A stretch of 55,853 nucleotides of DNA from a bacterium. GTDB lineage: Bacteria; Verrucomicrobiota; Kiritimatiellia; CAIKKV01; CAITUY01. The notes beneath the pieces are model-generated. The model was not told the origin of the DNA, did not search any database, and saw nothing but the letters and a program-made list of their open reading frames with translations. Position 1 is the first letter of the stretch. Each line of letters starts with the position of its first letter. Of this stretch, positions 1-13,460 are shown in pieces. The stretch lies in contig JBAXMJ010000004.1 in the NCBI GenBank assembly GCA_037134355.1, positions 1-55,853 of the forward strand, given 5' to 3'. Made by a program: the position numbers and the translations under genes.

Positions 1-255
1 GACTAAACGCACCTGCCTTGATGCAGGGGGGGTGCAGTTACTTTGTCAATTGAGGGGGTGAAAAAAAATGACAAAAAAGCGACAAAGTGGTTGACATCAA
101 ACCGGACTGTGATATTTTCCTCAGTCTGATTTTTAGTTGGCAGGCCTTTTTTGTTGGATAAAAAGTTAGAGAGCGAAGTTTTCTGTTGCCGGATTTGATG
201 AAAGCAGCAGGAATTCGTTCTTTTGTGTTTGTTTTTGGCAAGGATTGAACGCGAA

Positions 256-331
256 GCCCCCGTAGCTCAGTTGGTAGAGCACGTCCTTGGTAAGGACGAG
301 GTCAGCGGTTCGATCCCGCTCGTGGGCTCCA
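256..331 (+). tRNA. tRNA-Thr (anticodon GGU), CCA encoded
   Basis: Hand-folded cloverleaf. Acceptor GCCCCCG/CGTGGGC (one C-U mismatch), D arm GCTC-AGTTGGTA-GAGC, anticodon arm CGTCC-TTGGTAA-GGACG, T arm AGCGG-TTCGATC-CCGCT, then T-CCA. Classic position upstream of tuf. Confidence 0.9.
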
Positions 332-408
332 GATTTGATTGGGAATATCCGGCTGGCCGGAACGGAAATAAAAACGACTGAAGCAGGGAAACAGTAAGGA
401 GTACGACA

Positions 409-1617
<1,209 letters not shown>

Positions 1618-1706
1618 TCTAATCATCCGGCCGTGGGTCGGGAAAATATGCGCGGGCGGTGCGCCGCAGGGACGCCGCCCGTTGCTCTGATGAAGGATGG
1701 AACGCC

Positions 1707-1859
1707 ATGGCAAGGGAACTGGTCACGCTAGCCTGCACGGATTGCAAGCGTCGGAATTATACGACAACGAAAAATAAACGGCTGACGCCGGACCGTATGG
1801 AGCTTAAGAAGTACTGCCGGTTCGAGAAAAAGCATACGATTCACAAGGAGACCCGCTAA
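1707..1859 (+). CDS. rpmG: 50S ribosomal protein L33
   Basis: [50 protein letters not shown] is L33-like. Start placed at internal ATG 1707 of ORF 1659-1859. Canonical tuf-rpmG-tRNA-Trp-secE-nusG context. Confidence 0.9.
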   Translation: MARELVTLACTDCKRRNYTTTKNKRLTPDRMELKKYCRFEKKHTIHKETR

Positions 1860-1875
1860 GGGGTTTACTTGATAT

Positions 1876-1951
1876 AGGCCAGTAGCTCAATTGGCAGAGC
1901 GCCGGTCTCCAAAACCGGAGGTTGCGGGTTCGATGCCCTCCTGGCCTGCCA
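1876..1951 (+). tRNA. tRNA-Trp (anticodon CCA), CCA end encoded
   Basis: Acceptor AGGCCAG/CTGGCCT, D arm GCTC-AATTGGCA-GAGC, anticodon arm CCGGT-CTCCAAA-ACCGG, T arm GCGGG-TTCGATG-CCCTC (one mismatch), then G-CCA. Confidence 0.9.
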
Positions 1952-1963
1952 AATGATACATAA

Positions 1964-2185
1964 GTGTGGAGTAAAGCGGTGAGCACGGTAACGGAAAGTT
2001 TTAAAAAAGTTCGGTTTTTTCTGGCGGATGTCCAGAACGAGCTGCGCAAGTCCACCTGGCCGACACGGGGGGAATTGATCGAATCCACAGTTGTGGTGAT
2101 TGTGTCGGTGATTTTGTTCGCAGTCTATATTGGGTTTTGTGACACCGTGTTGCGGAAGTGTTTGGGATTTTTTGCGCGTCATTAA
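1964..2185 (+). CDS. secE: Preprotein translocase subunit SecE
   Basis: 73-aa ORF with GTG start. FLADVQNELRKSTWPTRGEL followed by a single TM helix (VVVIVSVILFAVYIGF). Position before nusG. Confidence 0.85.
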   Translation: MWSKAVSTVTESFKKVRFFLADVQNELRKSTWPTRGELIESTVVVIVSVILFAVYIGFCDTVLRKCLGFFARH

Positions 2186-2209
2186 CGGGCATTCAGGACC
2201 GGGGTTTTC

Positions 2210-2761
2210 ATGAGTGAAAAACAGTGGTTTGTGCTGCATACATTGACCGGCCAGGAGGCGAAGGTCAAGGAAAGCATTGAGCGCCGCCTCGACAAGGAGG
2301 AGATGCGGGATTATGTCGGGCAGATCCTGATTCCCACGGAAAAAGTCTCTGAAACCAAAAAAGGGGTCAAGAGCGTCATCACGCGCAAGTTTTTCCCGGG
2401 CTATGTCCTGGTGAATATGAGGCTTTACGGCGATGACAAGAAGGTTGTCGACACGGTCTGGTATTTTATCCGCGAGACGCCCGGTGTGATCGGGTTTGTG
2501 GGCGGGGAACGGCCTGCGCCGCTCCGGCCTGATGAAGTCGATCAGCTTCTGTTCCAGGTGGAGGAGAAGAAGGAGAAGGTCAAGCCGAAGGTGATTTACG
2601 AGACCGGCGAGACGGTCAAAATCACGGATGGTCCCTTCATGAATTTTACCGGTACCGTGGATGAAGTGGATGCGGATCGCGGCAAGCTGAAGGTGTCGGT
2701 GGCTATTTTCGGTCGCTCGGCCCCGGTGGAGCTGGAGTGCTGGCAGGTGGAACGGCAGTAA
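2210..2761 (+). CDS. nusG: Transcription termination/antitermination factor NusG
   Basis: NGN domain (WFVLHTLTGQEAKVKESI...FFPGYVLVNM) plus C-terminal KOW (GETVKITDGPFMNFTGTVDEVD). secE-nusG-rplK context. Confidence 0.95.
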   Translation: MSEKQWFVLHTLTGQEAKVKESIERRLDKEEMRDYVGQILIPTEKVSETKKGVKSVITRKFFPGYVLVNMRLYGDDKKVVDTVWYFIRETPGVIGFVGGERPAPLRPDEVDQLLFQVEEKKEKVKPKVIYETGETVKITDGPFMNFTGTVDEVDADRGKLKVSVAIFGRSAPVELECWQVERQ

Positions 2762-2791
2762 GCCTTCGCGACGGCGAGGCAGGGGAAAGAT

Positions 2792-3217
2792 ATGGCAAAG
2801 AAAGTAACAGGAAAAATCAAGCTGCAGATTCCCGCCGGGCAGGCGAATCCGGCGCCCCCCGTGGGCCCGGCTCTGGGCCAGCACGGTGTGAACATCATGC
2901 AGTTTTGCAAGGAATTCAACGCGACGACGCAGAGCATGGCTGGCTTGGTGATCCCCGTGGTCATCACCGTCTACCAGGATCGCTCGTTCACGTTCATCAC
3001 CAAAAGCCCGCCCGCGTCCTCGCTGTTGAAGCGTGAAGCCGGTCTGGCCAAGGGATCCGCACAGCCCAACCGCGACAAGGTTGGCAAGGTGACGGCCCAG
3101 CAGGTGCTCGCGATCGTGCGCACTAAAATGAATGATTTGAATGCAACCGATGAAAATCACGCCGCCCGTATGATCGAGGGAACGGCGCGCAGCATGGGAA
3201 TCGAGGTGGTTCGCTAA
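2792..3217 (+). CDS. rplK: 50S ribosomal protein L11
   Basis: [34 protein letters not shown] is the L11 signature. Confidence 0.97.
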   Translation: MAKKVTGKIKLQIPAGQANPAPPVGPALGQHGVNIMQFCKEFNATTQSMAGLVIPVVITVYQDRSFTFITKSPPASSLLKREAGLAKGSAQPNRDKVGKVTAQQVLAIVRTKMNDLNATDENHAARMIEGTARSMGIEVVR

Positions 3218-3219
3218 CC

Positions 3220-3903
3220 ATGGCAACTCACGGAAAAAAATATAATAAGGTGAAGGCCGGAGTCGAAGACAAGGTCTATGATCTGGCTGAGGCGATTCGC
3301 TTCCTGAAGGCGAACAAGATTGCCAAGTTTGACGAAACCGCAGAGCTTGCGATTCGGCTTGGAGTGGACACGAAGAAGACGGACCAGACGGTGCGCGGCA
3401 CGGTCGGGCTTCCCCACGGGACTGGCAAAAAGATCCGCATCGCGGTCTTTGCGGCAGGCGCTGCGGCTGATGCAGCCCGGGCTGCGGGCGCCGATGTCGT
3501 TGGCAACGAGGATTTGATCGAGAAGGTCAAGGGCGGCTGGACGGAATTCGATGTCGCCATCGCGACGCCGGATGCCATGAAGGAAGTCCGCAAGCTGGGT
3601 AAGGTGTTGGGTCCCCGCGGCCTGATGCCGAATCCAAAGACCGGGACGGTCACGGATGATACCGCTTCCGCGGTGCGTGACAGCAAGGCGGGGCGTGTGG
3701 AATACCGCATGGACCGCAGTGGTAATGTCCAGGTTCCCTTCGGAAGGCTTTCGTTCGACGAGGCCAAGCTTCTGGAGAATGTCAACGTCCTGATCGTGGC
3801 GATTCGGGCAGCGCGCCCGGCTGCGGCCAAGGGCACATTTATCAAACGCTGTACGCTCAGTTCCACGATGGGGGTTGGTCTCCGTGTGGATGTGAGGGAT
3901 TAA
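3220..3903 (+). CDS. rplA: 50S ribosomal protein L1
   Basis: 227 aa, L1-like (FDETAELAIRLGVDTKKTDQTVRGTVGLPHGTGK). Follows rplK. Confidence 0.97.
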   Translation: MATHGKKYNKVKAGVEDKVYDLAEAIRFLKANKIAKFDETAELAIRLGVDTKKTDQTVRGTVGLPHGTGKKIRIAVFAAGAAADAARAAGADVVGNEDLIEKVKGGWTEFDVAIATPDAMKEVRKLGKVLGPRGLMPNPKTGTVTDDTASAVRDSKAGRVEYRMDRSGNVQVPFGRLSFDEAKLLENVNVLIVAIRAARPAAAKGTFIKRCTLSSTMGVGLRVDVRD

Positions 3904-3920
3904 CAAAAAGGCTCTGTGCT

Positions 3921-4436
3921 ATGAGACCGGAAAAACAATCGATTTATGAGGAAATAACCGCCCGGATCAACGGGTCGTCCTTTGTGCTGGTGGCGGAATA
4001 CCGCGGCATGAAGGTGGATCAGTTCTCCGAGTTGCGCCGCCAGCTCCGCAAGTCGGGAGCCCGGATGCAGGTTGTTAAAAACCGTTTCCTGCGCTTGATC
4101 ATGCGGGATAAAGGCTGGTCGGGTCTGGATCCGTCCCTCAAGGGGCAGTCCGCGATCGTGACCGGAACCGATGTGGTTCAGGCGGCCAAGGTCATCAAGC
4201 TTTTCAGCCGCACCGGCGGACTGCCGGTCATGAAGTCGGGGGTCATGGGGAATGTGATTCTCACCTCCGAACAGGTTGTTGCCTTGGCGGAACTGCCGTC
4301 CCGTGAAGTGTTGTTGGGCCAGGTGGTGGGCACCGTGGCGGCTCCTTTGTCGCGCCTGGTTGGTGTGCTGAAGCAGAAGGTGTCGACCATTGTTTACGTA
4401 TTGAAGGCAGTCGAGGACAAGAAGAACGCGGCGTAG
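3921..4436 (+). CDS. rplJ: 50S ribosomal protein L10
   Basis: 171 aa. Position between rplA and rplL, L10-like N-terminus ([28 protein letters not shown]). Confidence 0.93.
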   Translation: MRPEKQSIYEEITARINGSSFVLVAEYRGMKVDQFSELRRQLRKSGARMQVVKNRFLRLIMRDKGWSGLDPSLKGQSAIVTGTDVVQAAKVIKLFSRTGGLPVMKSGVMGNVILTSEQVVALAELPSREVLLGQVVGTVAAPLSRLVGVLKQKVSTIVYVLKAVEDKKNAA

Positions 4437-4479
4437 TGACGTTTGTTTTAGTATTACAGTTAAGAAAAGGGAGAATACC

Positions 4480-4875
4480 ATGTCTGAGGAAATCAAGTTG
4501 GAAGGCAAGATGGAAGAGATTGTCAAGGCTATCGAGAGCATGAGCGTGCTGGAGCTCTCACAGCTGGTGAAGGGCCTCGAGCAGCGTCTGGGAGTCAGCG
4601 CGTCGGCGCCGATGGCCATGGCGGCGGCAGCCCCTGCGGGTGCGGTGGAAGCCGCGGCTGAGAAGACGGAGTTCACGGTTGTGCTCGCCAGTGCGGGTGG
4701 CAACAAGATCGGCGTCATCAAGGAAATCCGTAGCATTACCGGTCTGGGTCTCAAGGAATCAAAGGATCTGGTCGAAGGTGCCCCGAAGACCGTCAAGGAA
4801 GGTGTTTCCAAGGACGAAGCCGCCAAGCTTAAGGAAGTCTTGGAGAAGGCTGGCGCAACCGTCGAGATCAAGTAA
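4480..4875 (+). CDS. rplL: 50S ribosomal protein L7/L12
   Basis: Ala-rich hinge and C-terminal domain [55 protein letters not shown]. Confidence 0.97.
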   Translation: MSEEIKLEGKMEEIVKAIESMSVLELSQLVKGLEQRLGVSASAPMAMAAAAPAGAVEAAAEKTEFTVVLASAGGNKIGVIKEIRSITGLGLKESKDLVEGAPKTVKEGVSKDEAAKLKEVLEKAGATVEIK

Positions 4876-4962
4876 GCCCCCTCCTGAGGTTGTGGTTTAC
4901 GACGGGCGGTCATGGGGCCGCGGTGTTGGTGTCTTGGAGAACCCGGTGCAACAGGTGCTGGA

Positions 4963-7900
4963 ATGGTTGAGAGAACGAACTTCGGAAAACTGGTCGAGGT
5001 AATCGAGCCGCCCAATCTGATTGAAATTCAGACGGCGTCTTACAAAGATTTCCTCCAACTCGATATTGCCCCCGGTGGTCGCCATAACATGGGACTGCAG
5101 GCGGTCTTCAAGGAAGTTTTCCCCATCGAAAGTTACGATGGGCGGTACGTGTTGGATTTTGTCAAGTATGAGTTTACGCTTCCCAAGGCGGATCCTTTTG
5201 AGGTCCTTCGGGAAGGGCAGACTTTTGCCGGCACCCTGCATGTGACGTTCCGTCTTAAGGACGGGGAAGAGGTTCGCGAGGAAACCGTGTACATGGGCGA
5301 AATTCCCCTCATGACGCCGCAGGGATCATTCGTGATCAACGGTGCCGAGCGGGTGATTGTCAGTCAGTTGCACCGGTCACCCGGGATCTGCTTTGAACAA
5401 TCCGTTCATTCCAGTGGCAATATGCTGTATTCCTTCCGCATCATTCCCGACCGGGGATCGTGGGTGGAGGTTCAGTTTGACGCCTCAGATCTGTTATGGA
5501 TCTACATGGATCGTCGTCACCGACGGCGGAAATTCCTGGCGACCACCTTCCTTCGCGCGTTGGGTTATGGAACCGATGCTGACCTGCTCGGCTTGTTCTA
5601 CACGTTGCGCAAGATGAAGATGTCGGAGTCTGTCAGCGCAGAGAAACTGGCGACCTTGGTTTTCCGGGATGATGTCATTGACGTCGACTCCCAGACCGTG
5701 CTGGCTCGCCGATACGAGCCGCTCTCCGAAAACGTGCTGTCCCAGATGAAGGCGGCGGGTTTCAAGGAGGTTGAGGTGGTTGATGTGTCCTGGGATTCCG
5801 GAGTGATGCTGAAGAGCATCAAGGAAGACCCCACACACTCGATGGATGACGCCCTGAAAGACATCTATCTCAGGTTGCGACCCGGGGATCCCGCGACGGT
5901 TTCGAATGCACGCCAGCTGCTCAAGCGGTTGTTTTTTGATGTGCGACGCTATGATCTGGGCCGCGTTGGACGGTACAAGATCAGCCAGAAGCTGGACTCT
6001 GAAATCAAGGACTCCCTGGATTTGATTTCCGTGATCATGGGGAAGAAGGACACCAAGGAAAAGGATGCCTTCATTACCGTCACGGAAGAGGAGCGCCTGC
6101 GCACGCTGAGTCCCGATGGAAGCGATCTGATCGCGGCCATCCGGTACCTGATCAGCATTCGAAGCGGAAAGGGAACCATTGATGACATTGATCATCTTGG
6201 CAGCCGACGCCTGCGCACAATTGGGGAACTGATTGAAAACCAGTGCCGGGTGGGCTTGGCTCGTGCTGAGCGCCTGGTGCGTGAGCGGATGACCCTGTTT
6301 GATCCGAACACCGGAACTCTGACCCCGCAGCGCCTGGTCAATCCCAAGACGCTCTCGGCCGTTGTGAAGGATTTCTTCGGACGCAGCCAGTTGAGCCAGT
6401 TCATGGATCAGACCAATCCGTTGTCCGAGTTGGCGCACAAGCGCCGTCTCAGCGCGTTGGGCCCGGGCGGGTTGAGTCGTGAGCGTGCCGGTTTCGAGGT
6501 CCGTGACGTTCACAGTAGTCATTATGGCAGGATTTGCCCGATTGAAACACCGGAAGGGCCGAATATCGGCTTGATTTCATCGCTGGGTATTTATGCCCGC
6601 ATCAATGAGTACGGATTTATTGAGACGCCCTACCGCAAGGTGAATAACGGGACGGTCTCGGATTCGGTTGAATATCTCAGTGCGGATCGCGAGGAGAAAT
6701 TTGTAATTGCTCAGGCCAATACGCCGCTGGATGCCCGTAGCCGCATGTCGCGTGAAGCGATTGCCGTTCGACATCGCGGTGAGTTCATGGAGGTCCCGAA
6801 GGAGAAGGTGGACTACATGGATGTGTCGCCCAAGCAGGTCGTGTCGGTAGCGGCCGGACTGATTCCCTTCCTGGAGCACGATGATGCAAACCGTGCCCTG
6901 ATGGGATCGAACATGATGCGTCAAGCCGTTCCCCTGCTGGAGACGGAGCGTCCGTTTGTGGCGACCGGCCTCGAGAGTCGCATTGCCCGGGATTCGGGTG
7001 TGCTGATGCTTGCGGTCGAGCCCGGCGTGGTAACCTATGTTTCGGCCAATAAGGTCGTTGTGACGAATGACAAGGCGGGCGGCAAGAAGAAGGACGGCGA
7101 ACGGACTTACCTTCTGAACAAGTTCATGCGGTCGAATGCCGGAACCTGCGTCAATCAAAAACCTGTAGTGAAGGTCGGTCAGAAAATCAGGACGGGTGAT
7201 GTCCTGGCTGATGGCCCAGCCACTGCGGGCGGTGAATTGGCGATCGGGCGAAACGTGCTTGTGGCGTTTATGCCGTGGTGCGGTTACAACTTCGAGGACG
7301 CCATCCTGATCAGTGAGCGGGTGGTCCGGGATGATGTGTTCACGTCAATTCATATCCAGGAATTCGAGGCCGGTGCTCGTGATACCAAGCTTGGGCCCGA
7401 GGAAATCACCCGGGATATTCCGAATGTCGGTGAAGAGGCCCTTCGCAATCTGGGTTCAGACGGGGTAATTCGCATTGGAGCGGAGGTCAAGCCGGACGAC
7501 ATTCTTGTCGGCAAGATCACGCCCAAGAGCGAAACTGAGCTGGCTCCCGAGGAGCGCCTGTTGCGCGCCATCTTCGGAGAAAAGGCGGCAGATGTCCGTG
7601 ATACATCCCTGACGGTTCCGAGCGGAACCTATGGAATCGTCATGGATGTCAAGGTCTCGGCCCATAAGGATATTGCCCGGGAAAAGATGACTCCGGCGGA
7701 GCGGAAGCGCCAGGCTAAGAATGTGGCCCAGGAACAGCAATCCAAGAAGCAGGAATTGGTTGATCAACTCACAGAAGCGTTGAGCAACATCCTGCTGGGT
7801 GAAAAAATCCCGCTGGACGTGGTTAATATTGATTCCAATGAAATCATTATCCCCGCCAACCGGAAGATCACCAAGACGCTGTTGCGGAAGCTGGCAAACG

Positions 7901-8793
7901 AGAGCGCTCATATTGCGATCGAGAGCAGCCCCATTCAGATCAAGATTCAGGAAATCATCGGCGAGTATCAGCAGAAGTTCATTGAACTTGAGCATGAATA
8001 CGCGAACGCCATGGATCGCCTGGAGAGCGGCGATGAAGTCGATCAGGGAATCATCAAGCAGGTTCGTGTTTACATCGCCAGCAAGAAAAAGCTGTCGGTG
8101 GGTGACAAGATGGCCGGACGGCATGGAAACAAGGGCGTAGTGGCTCGAATCCTGCCTGAAGCGGATATGCCGTTTCTTCCGGATGGGACGCCTGTTGATA
8201 TTGTGCTCAATCCGCTCGGTGTGCCGTCACGTATGAACGTGGGACAGGTTCTTGAAACCCATCTGGGGTGGGCCTGTAAGATCCTCGGGCTGTATGCCAG
8301 CACGCCGGTCTTTGATGGTATTTCTGAAAAGCGAATCCATGACTTGATGAAGGACGCGAAGCTCCCGGCCGACGGGAAGACGCAACTTTTTGACGGTCGC
8401 ACCGGCGAATCATTCGATCAGAGGGTGGTGGTGGGTTACATTTACATGCTCAAGCTGCACCATCTGGTCAGCGACAAGATCCATGCCCGTGCAGTGGGGC
8501 CGTACTCGCTCGTTACCCAGCAGCCGCTGGGGGGCAAGGCGCAGTACGGTGGACAGCGCTTGGGAGAAATGGAAGTCTGGGCGCTCGAGGCCTATGGCGC
8601 GGCATTCGCGCTACAAGAGTTGTTGACCGTCAAGAGTGACGATACCAACGGGCGTACCCGGATTTATGAGTCCATCGTGAAAGGCGAGAATGTGCTTGAG
8701 GCGGATCGCCCCGAGTCGTTCAACGTGCTGATTAACGAGTTAAGGGCCATTGGGCTGGACGTGCGGGCTGAAGCGAAGGAAAAACGAGTTTAA
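4963..8793 (+). CDS. rpoB: DNA-directed RNA polymerase subunit beta
   Basis: Full-length RpoB (e.g. [34 protein letters not shown]). Start placed at ATG 4963 (MVERTNFGK...) rather than ORF start 4912. Confidence 0.95.
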   Translation: MVERTNFGKLVEVIEPPNLIEIQTASYKDFLQLDIAPGGRHNMGLQAVFKEVFPIESYDGRYVLDFVKYEFTLPKADPFEVLREGQTFAGTLHVTFRLKDGEEVREETVYMGEIPLMTPQGSFVINGAERVIVSQLHRSPGICFEQSVHSSGNMLYSFRIIPDRGSWVEVQFDASDLLWIYMDRRHRRRKFLATTFLRALGYGTDADLLGLFYTLRKMKMSESVSAEKLATLVFRDDVIDVDSQTVLARRYEPLSENVLSQMKAAGFKEVEVVDVSWDSGVMLKSIKEDPTHSMDDALKDIYLRLRPGDPATVSNARQLLKRLFFDVRRYDLGRVGRYKISQKLDSEIKDSLDLISVIMGKKDTKEKDAFITVTEEERLRTLSPDGSDLIAAIRYLISIRSGKGTIDDIDHLGSRRLRTIGELIENQCRVGLARAERLVRERMTLFDPNTGTLTPQRLVNPKTLSAVVKDFFGRSQLSQFMDQTNPLSELAHKRRLSALGPGGLSRERAGFEVRDVHSSHYGRICPIETPEGPNIGLISSLGIYARINEYGFIETPYRKVNNGTVSDSVEYLSADREEKFVIAQANTPLDARSRMSREAIAVRHRGEFMEVPKEKVDYMDVSPKQVVSVAAGLIPFLEHDDANRALMGSNMMRQAVPLLETERPFVATGLESRIARDSGVLMLAVEPGVVTYVSANKVVVTNDKAGGKKKDGERTYLLNKFMRSNAGTCVNQKPVVKVGQKIRTGDVLADGPATAGGELAIGRNVLVAFMPWCGYNFEDAILISERVVRDDVFTSIHIQEFEAGARDTKLGPEEITRDIPNVGEEALRNLGSDGVIRIGAEVKPDDILVGKITPKSETELAPEERLLRAIFGEKAADVRDTSLTVPSGTYGIVMDVKVSAHKDIAREKMTPAERKRQAKNVAQEQQSKKQELVDQLTEALSNILLGEKIPLDVVNIDSNEIIIPANRKITKTLLRKLANESAHIAIESSPIQIKIQEIIGEYQQKFIELEHEYANAMDRLESGDEVDQGIIKQVRVYIASKKKLSVGDKMAGRHGNKGVVARILPEADMPFLPDGTPVDIVLNPLGVPSRMNVGQVLETHLGWACKILGLYASTPVFDGISEKRIHDLMKDAKLPADGKTQLFDGRTGESFDQRVVVGYIYMLKLHHLVSDKIHARAVGPYSLVTQQPLGGKAQYGGQRLGEMEVWALEAYGAAFALQELLTVKSDDTNGRTRIYESIVKGENVLEADRPESFNVLINELRAIGLDVRAEAKEKRV

Positions 8794-8821
8794 CGGAGGC
8801 GGCGGCAACGCTGAGTCACCT

Positions 8822-11800
8822 ATGTCTGAACGTACCTTGACAAATACTGCTGCCCGAGAGCGGCTTGGAATGCCCCTGATGGAGGGGTTTGATTCCGTGA
8901 ACATCACCTTGGCTTCGCCGGAAACGATCCGGGCATGGAGTCACGGTGAGGTGAAGAACCCGGAAACGATCAACTATCGCACCTACAAGCCCGAGAAGGG
9001 CGGCTTGTTTTGCGAGCGCATTTTCGGCCCGACTCGGGACTGGGAGTGCAGTTGCGGGAAATATAAGCGGATCAAGCACAAGGGTGTGATTTGCGACCGG
9101 TGCGGGGTGGAAATTACCCAGTCGCGCGTCAGGCGTGAACGCATGGGTCATATCGACCTTGCGGTACCAGTGTCACATATCTGGTTTTTCAAGTGTACCC
9201 CGAGTCGCCTCGGTCTGGTTCTCGACATGACCGCCCGGTCTTTGGAGCGCATCCTTTACTACGAGGATTATGTGGTGGTAGAGCCCGGCGATACGCCCCT
9301 ACAGGAGAAGCAGCTTCTCAGCGAAATGGACTACCGTGAAGCTCAGGAGAAATACGGGGATGCGTTTGTGGCCCGTATCGGCGCCGAGGCGGTTCGGGAC
9401 CTGATGAAGAAGATTGACCTGGAGAAATGTCTGGCGGAGCTGGATGCGCAGATGGAGACCACGCGCAGCAAGCAGAATCGCAAGAAATACTCCAAGCGCA
9501 TGAAAGTTTTGGAAGGCTTCCTGACCAGTAATACCAGGCCGGAATGGATGATCATGGAAGTCCTTCCGGTGATTCCGCCCGATTTGCGTCCCCTGGTGCC
9601 CCTTGAGGGCGGCCGGTTTGCGACATCGGATCTGAATGATCTTTATCGCCGGGTGATCAACCGCAATAACCGGTTGAAGAATCTTCTCCAACTCAAAACG
9701 CCGGATGTGATCATCCGGAACGAGAAGCGTATGCTTCAGGAGGCCGTGGACGCCGTCATCGATAACGGGCGCCATGGACGGGCTGTAACCGGCGCCGGGA
9801 ATCGCCCGCTGAAGTCGTTGAGCGATATGCTAAAGGGCAAGGGCGGCCGGTTCCGTCAGAATCTGCTCGGCAAGCGTGTTGACTATTCCGGACGTTCCGT
9901 GATTGTGGTCGGCCCTGAGCTGAAATTGAACCAGTGCGGGCTTCCCAAAAAGATGGCTCTGGTTCTGTTTGAGCCCTTCATCATCCGCCGCCTGAAAGAA
10001 ATGGGCGTGGCGCACACGGTTCGCAGTGCAAAAAAACTGATCGACAAGCAATCGGACGAGGTGTGGGCGATTCTTGAGGAAATCACTCGCGACAAGACCG
10101 TCATGCTGAACCGCGCACCGACGCTTCATCGTTTGAGCATCCAGTCGTTCGAGCCTATCCTGGTGGAGGGTGAGGCAATTCAAGTGCATCCGCTGGTGTG
10201 TACGGCGTACAACGCCGACTTTGACGGGGATCAGATGGCGGTGCATGTGCCGCTGTCCATCGAGGCCCAGATCGAGTCGCGCCTGCTCATGCTTTCAACA
10301 AACAACGTGTTCTCGCCCTCGAGCGGAAAACCGGTCATGACGCCCACCCAGGATATCGCTCTGGGCATCTATTACCTCACGTCATCGGCTCAGAAGGATC
10401 GAATCAAGGAAGTCCGCCGCAAGGCTGCCGGCCAGGGGCAGGAGCAGGAACGGCTTCCGATTTTTGACGAGGCGGCCCAGGTTCGTCTGGCTTACGATGA
10501 TGGCGCACTCAAGATCCATAACCGCGTACGTTTTAAGAATCCAGATTTCGGGCGCAAGACGGTTTTTGGCGACAATCATTCGAAAATGTTGACCACAACG
10601 GTCGGTCGGGTTTTCTTCAATGAGATCCTTCCCTCGACACTGGGATTCATTAACCGGTGTTGCGACAAGTCGTTTCTCGGAAAGTTGATCTGGCAGTGCT
10701 ATCGCGTGAGTGGCCATACTGAAACCGTAAAAGTTCTGGAAAGCCTGAAGAACATCGGCTTTGAGAATGCCACCTTGGCGGGGATATCGATCGGATTGTC
10801 GGATATGATCATTCCGGCCGAGAAGGAAGACATCATCGCCAAGGCGCACAAGGCTGTGAGCGAGGTGGAAAGCCAGTATCGGCGGGGTATCATTACAGAC
10901 GGGGAACGCTACAACAAGATCGTCGATATCTGGACCCAGGCGACGGACGAAACGTCAAACGCGATGTATCGTGCGATCGAGGAGAACGCGGGGAGCGACG
11001 AGGCCAACCCGATCTTCATGATGGTGGACTCTAAGGCCCGTGGCAGTCGGCAGCAGATCCGCCAGTTGGCGGGTATGCGCGGTTTGATGGCCAAGCCGTC
11101 TGGCGAAATTATTGAACGCCCGATTGTATCGAATTTCCGTGAGGGATTAAGTGTTCTGGAGTACTTCATCAGTACTCATGGTGCTCGCAAGGGTCTGGCT
11201 GATACCGCCCTGAAGACTGCTGATGCCGGGTATTTGACCCGTAAGCTGGTCGATGTGGCCCAGGATGTCCGGATCATTGAACAGGACTGCAACACTCTCA
11301 ATGGCATCGAGGTTAAGGCCATTGGTGAGGGCGACGAGAATGTGGTTTCGCTGGCCGACCGCATCAAGGGCCGCACAGCGTTGAACGACATTGTCAATCC
11401 TGTGACGAATCAACTGGTTGTTCCCGCTGGTGGGCTCATTGATGAGGCCTTGGCGGAAGACGTTATGAATGCGGATATCGAGAAGGTTCGCATTCGCAGT
11501 GTTCTGACATGCGAATCCCGACGCGGGATCTGTGCCAAGTGCTACGGACGTGACCTCTCGAATGGGCGTCCGGTTGAAATGGGCGCGGCTGTGGGGATTA
11601 TTGCAGCGCAATCCATTGGTGAACCCGGCACACAGTTGACCATGCGGACGTTCCATATCGGTGGTACGGCGAGCTCGGTCTTCAAGCAACCCCATGTTAT
11701 CTCCAAGCACGACGGTATCATTCAGTATACCAACATGCGCACAGTGGTGAATGAGCATGGCAAATTTGTGGTACTCAACAAGAACGGATCCGTTGCGGTT

Positions 11801-13003
11801 TTCGACGACACCGGCCGGGAGGTTGAGCGGCATACGATTGCCATTGGTGCGGTCATCGCCGAGGAGGATGGCGGTCGGGTTAAGAAGGGGCAGAGCTTTA
11901 TTGAGTGGGATCCCTACAGCGTGCCGATTCTGGCCGAGAAGCCCGGGACGGTTCATTTTCAGGGGTTTATTGAGAATGTGACGGTCAAGAAGGAAGTGGA
12001 TCAGTCCACCGGCCTGATGGGCACCGTGGTTCTCGAGCACAAGGAGGATTTGCATCCCCAGATTGTGATCACCTTTGGTCATAACGAGCCGCCCATGGCG
12101 TATAACATCCCCGCAGGCGCCCATGTCATGATCAAGGATGGCAAGAAGGTTACGGCGGGTGAGGTGATTGCCAAGACGCCCCGCAAGGAATCCAAGACCA
12201 AGGATATCACCGGTGGTCTTCCTCGCGTGGCGGAACTCTTTGAGGCCCGCCGGCCGAAGGATGCCGCCGAGATTGCGAAGATCGATGGCGTGGTCGACTT
12301 TGGGGCAAACCAGCGTGGACGTCGCTGCCTGTTGATCCGTGACGCGGTTACAGGTGACGAGGAGCAGCATCTGATTCCGATGGGCAAGCATATCGTCGTG
12401 TATAAGGGCGACTATGTCCAGAAAGGGCAGCAGCTTACGGAAGGCCCCGTGGTTCCTCAGGAGATTTTGGAGATATGCGGTCCCCAAGAGTTGCAGGAAT
12501 ACCTGGTGAATCAGGTTCAGGAAGTCTATCGATTGCAGGGCGTTGAAATCAACGACAAGCACATCGAGATCATTGTCCGCCAGATGCTGCGAAAGGTCCG
12601 GATCACGGACGCAGGCGACACCGATTTCCTTTGGGGTGAGCAGGTTGAGAAGCGGTTGTTCCAGGAGATGAACACCAAGGCGCAGGCCGAAGGCAAGCGT
12701 CCGGCGGAGGCCTCTCCGGCACTTCTCGGGATCACCAAGGCCGCGCTTGAGACCGAGAGTTTTATTTCAGCGGCGTCATTCCAGGACACCACCCGCGTGC
12801 TGACCGAAGCCGCGACTCTGGGTCGTGTGGATACGTTGTACGGGTTCAAGGAAAATGTTATCATGGGACATTTGATCCCGGGTGGAACTGGTTTCCCCAT
12901 GTTCCGGAATATCAAATTGGTGCCTTTGGCCGAGCCGATCCCTGAGGAAGACTTGCGTCAGGAGAGCGAAGCATTGAAGAAAGCACAGGAGCTTTTGGGA
13001 TAA
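8822..13003 (+). CDS. rpoC: DNA-directed RNA polymerase subunit beta'
   Basis: Zn finger [22 protein letters not shown] and catalytic NADFDGDQM. Start placed at ATG 8822 just after the rpoB stop; ORF start 8750 would overlap rpoB. Confidence 0.95.
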   Translation: MSERTLTNTAARERLGMPLMEGFDSVNITLASPETIRAWSHGEVKNPETINYRTYKPEKGGLFCERIFGPTRDWECSCGKYKRIKHKGVICDRCGVEITQSRVRRERMGHIDLAVPVSHIWFFKCTPSRLGLVLDMTARSLERILYYEDYVVVEPGDTPLQEKQLLSEMDYREAQEKYGDAFVARIGAEAVRDLMKKIDLEKCLAELDAQMETTRSKQNRKKYSKRMKVLEGFLTSNTRPEWMIMEVLPVIPPDLRPLVPLEGGRFATSDLNDLYRRVINRNNRLKNLLQLKTPDVIIRNEKRMLQEAVDAVIDNGRHGRAVTGAGNRPLKSLSDMLKGKGGRFRQNLLGKRVDYSGRSVIVVGPELKLNQCGLPKKMALVLFEPFIIRRLKEMGVAHTVRSAKKLIDKQSDEVWAILEEITRDKTVMLNRAPTLHRLSIQSFEPILVEGEAIQVHPLVCTAYNADFDGDQMAVHVPLSIEAQIESRLLMLSTNNVFSPSSGKPVMTPTQDIALGIYYLTSSAQKDRIKEVRRKAAGQGQEQERLPIFDEAAQVRLAYDDGALKIHNRVRFKNPDFGRKTVFGDNHSKMLTTTVGRVFFNEILPSTLGFINRCCDKSFLGKLIWQCYRVSGHTETVKVLESLKNIGFENATLAGISIGLSDMIIPAEKEDIIAKAHKAVSEVESQYRRGIITDGERYNKIVDIWTQATDETSNAMYRAIEENAGSDEANPIFMMVDSKARGSRQQIRQLAGMRGLMAKPSGEIIERPIVSNFREGLSVLEYFISTHGARKGLADTALKTADAGYLTRKLVDVAQDVRIIEQDCNTLNGIEVKAIGEGDENVVSLADRIKGRTALNDIVNPVTNQLVVPAGGLIDEALAEDVMNADIEKVRIRSVLTCESRRGICAKCYGRDLSNGRPVEMGAAVGIIAAQSIGEPGTQLTMRTFHIGGTASSVFKQPHVISKHDGIIQYTNMRTVVNEHGKFVVLNKNGSVAVFDDTGREVERHTIAIGAVIAEEDGGRVKKGQSFIEWDPYSVPILAEKPGTVHFQGFIENVTVKKEVDQSTGLMGTVVLEHKEDLHPQIVITFGHNEPPMAYNIPAGAHVMIKDGKKVTAGEVIAKTPRKESKTKDITGGLPRVAELFEARRPKDAAEIAKIDGVVDFGANQRGRRCLLIRDAVTGDEEQHLIPMGKHIVVYKGDYVQKGQQLTEGPVVPQEILEICGPQELQEYLVNQVQEVYRLQGVEINDKHIEIIVRQMLRKVRITDAGDTDFLWGEQVEKRLFQEMNTKAQAEGKRPAEASPALLGITKAALETESFISAASFQDTTRVLTEAATLGRVDTLYGFKENVIMGHLIPGGTGFPMFRNIKLVPLAEPIPEEDLRQESEALKKAQELLG

Positions 13004-13068
13004 AGCTTGACAGGGACCCATCACTTCTGGCATTTTTTCGCGCTTTGCGTTTGGAAGGGAATGTAACT

Positions 13069-13446
13069 ATGCCGACGATTAATCAACTGGTTAAAAACGG
13101 ACGAAAGAAAATCCGTAATAAAAGCAAATCGCCCGCGCTGAAGAATTGTCCTCAGCGTCGTGGCGTGTGTCTGTCCGTGAAAACGCAGACACCCAAAAAG
13201 CCGAATTCGGCGCTACGTAAAGTGGCGCGTGTTCGTCTGACCAATGGCGAGGAAGTGACCGCTTATATTCCGGGCGAAGGGCACAATCTTCAGGAGCACA
13301 GTGTTGTGCTTGTGCGGGGCGGTCGCGTAAAGGACTTGCCTGGTGTTCGGTATCACATTGTTCGTGGTACTTTAGATACACTGGGCGTGGAGGGACGGCA
13401 CCGGGGCCGTTCCAAGTATGGCGTCAAAACACCGAAGCAGGCGTAG
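13069..13446 (+). CDS. rpsL: 30S ribosomal protein S12
   Basis: [14 protein letters not shown]...[19 protein letters not shown]. Start at ATG 13069 within ORF 13045-13446. Confidence 0.97.
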   Translation: MPTINQLVKNGRKKIRNKSKSPALKNCPQRRGVCLSVKTQTPKKPNSALRKVARVRLTNGEEVTAYIPGEGHNLQEHSVVLVRGGRVKDLPGVRYHIVRGTLDTLGVEGRHRGRSKYGVKTPKQA

Positions 13447-13460
13447 GACGGCGCAAGATC

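Noticed and set aside
91-118. TTGACA-16-TATTTT promoter-like pair upstream of tRNA-Thr.
   Set aside because: It lies about 140 nt upstream of the tRNA with nothing recognisable in between. It is plausible but unsupported. A similar TTGACA at 13007 upstream of rpsL has a poor -10 (CATTTT).
1653-1681. GC-rich hairpin CGGGCGG...CCGCCCG between tuf and rpmG, considered as a terminator or attenuator.
   Set aside because: No T-run follows it, and rpmG starts 26 nt later. It may only stabilise the mRNA, so I make no call.
1865-3226. Very long antisense ORFs. Examples are 1865-3226 (453 aa), 3900-5015, 5494-6522, 11147-12562, 20752-21639, 35622-37151 (509 aa), 44215-45117 and 46983-47840, all on the minus strand.
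   Set aside because: Each lies exactly opposite a confidently identified + strand gene (nusG/rplK, rplJ/L, rpoB, rpoC, ribosomal proteins, gnd, aroA, pfkA). Their products are Arg/Pro/His/Gly-rich low-complexity sequences with no motifs. These are typical stop-poor shadow frames of GC-rich DNA.
4912-4962. In-frame N-terminal extensions offered by the ORF track. These affect rpoB (4912), rpoC (8750), rpsL (13045), rpmG (1659), HAD (34694), gnd (35661), LarA-like (37160), aroA (43864), cbiQ (53072), cbiO (53896), the HDAC (to 33428) and the deacetylase (48084).
   Set aside because: The extensions overlap the preceding gene or add non-homologous Gly/Arg-rich residues. Internal ATGs give canonical N-termini and tight operon junctions.
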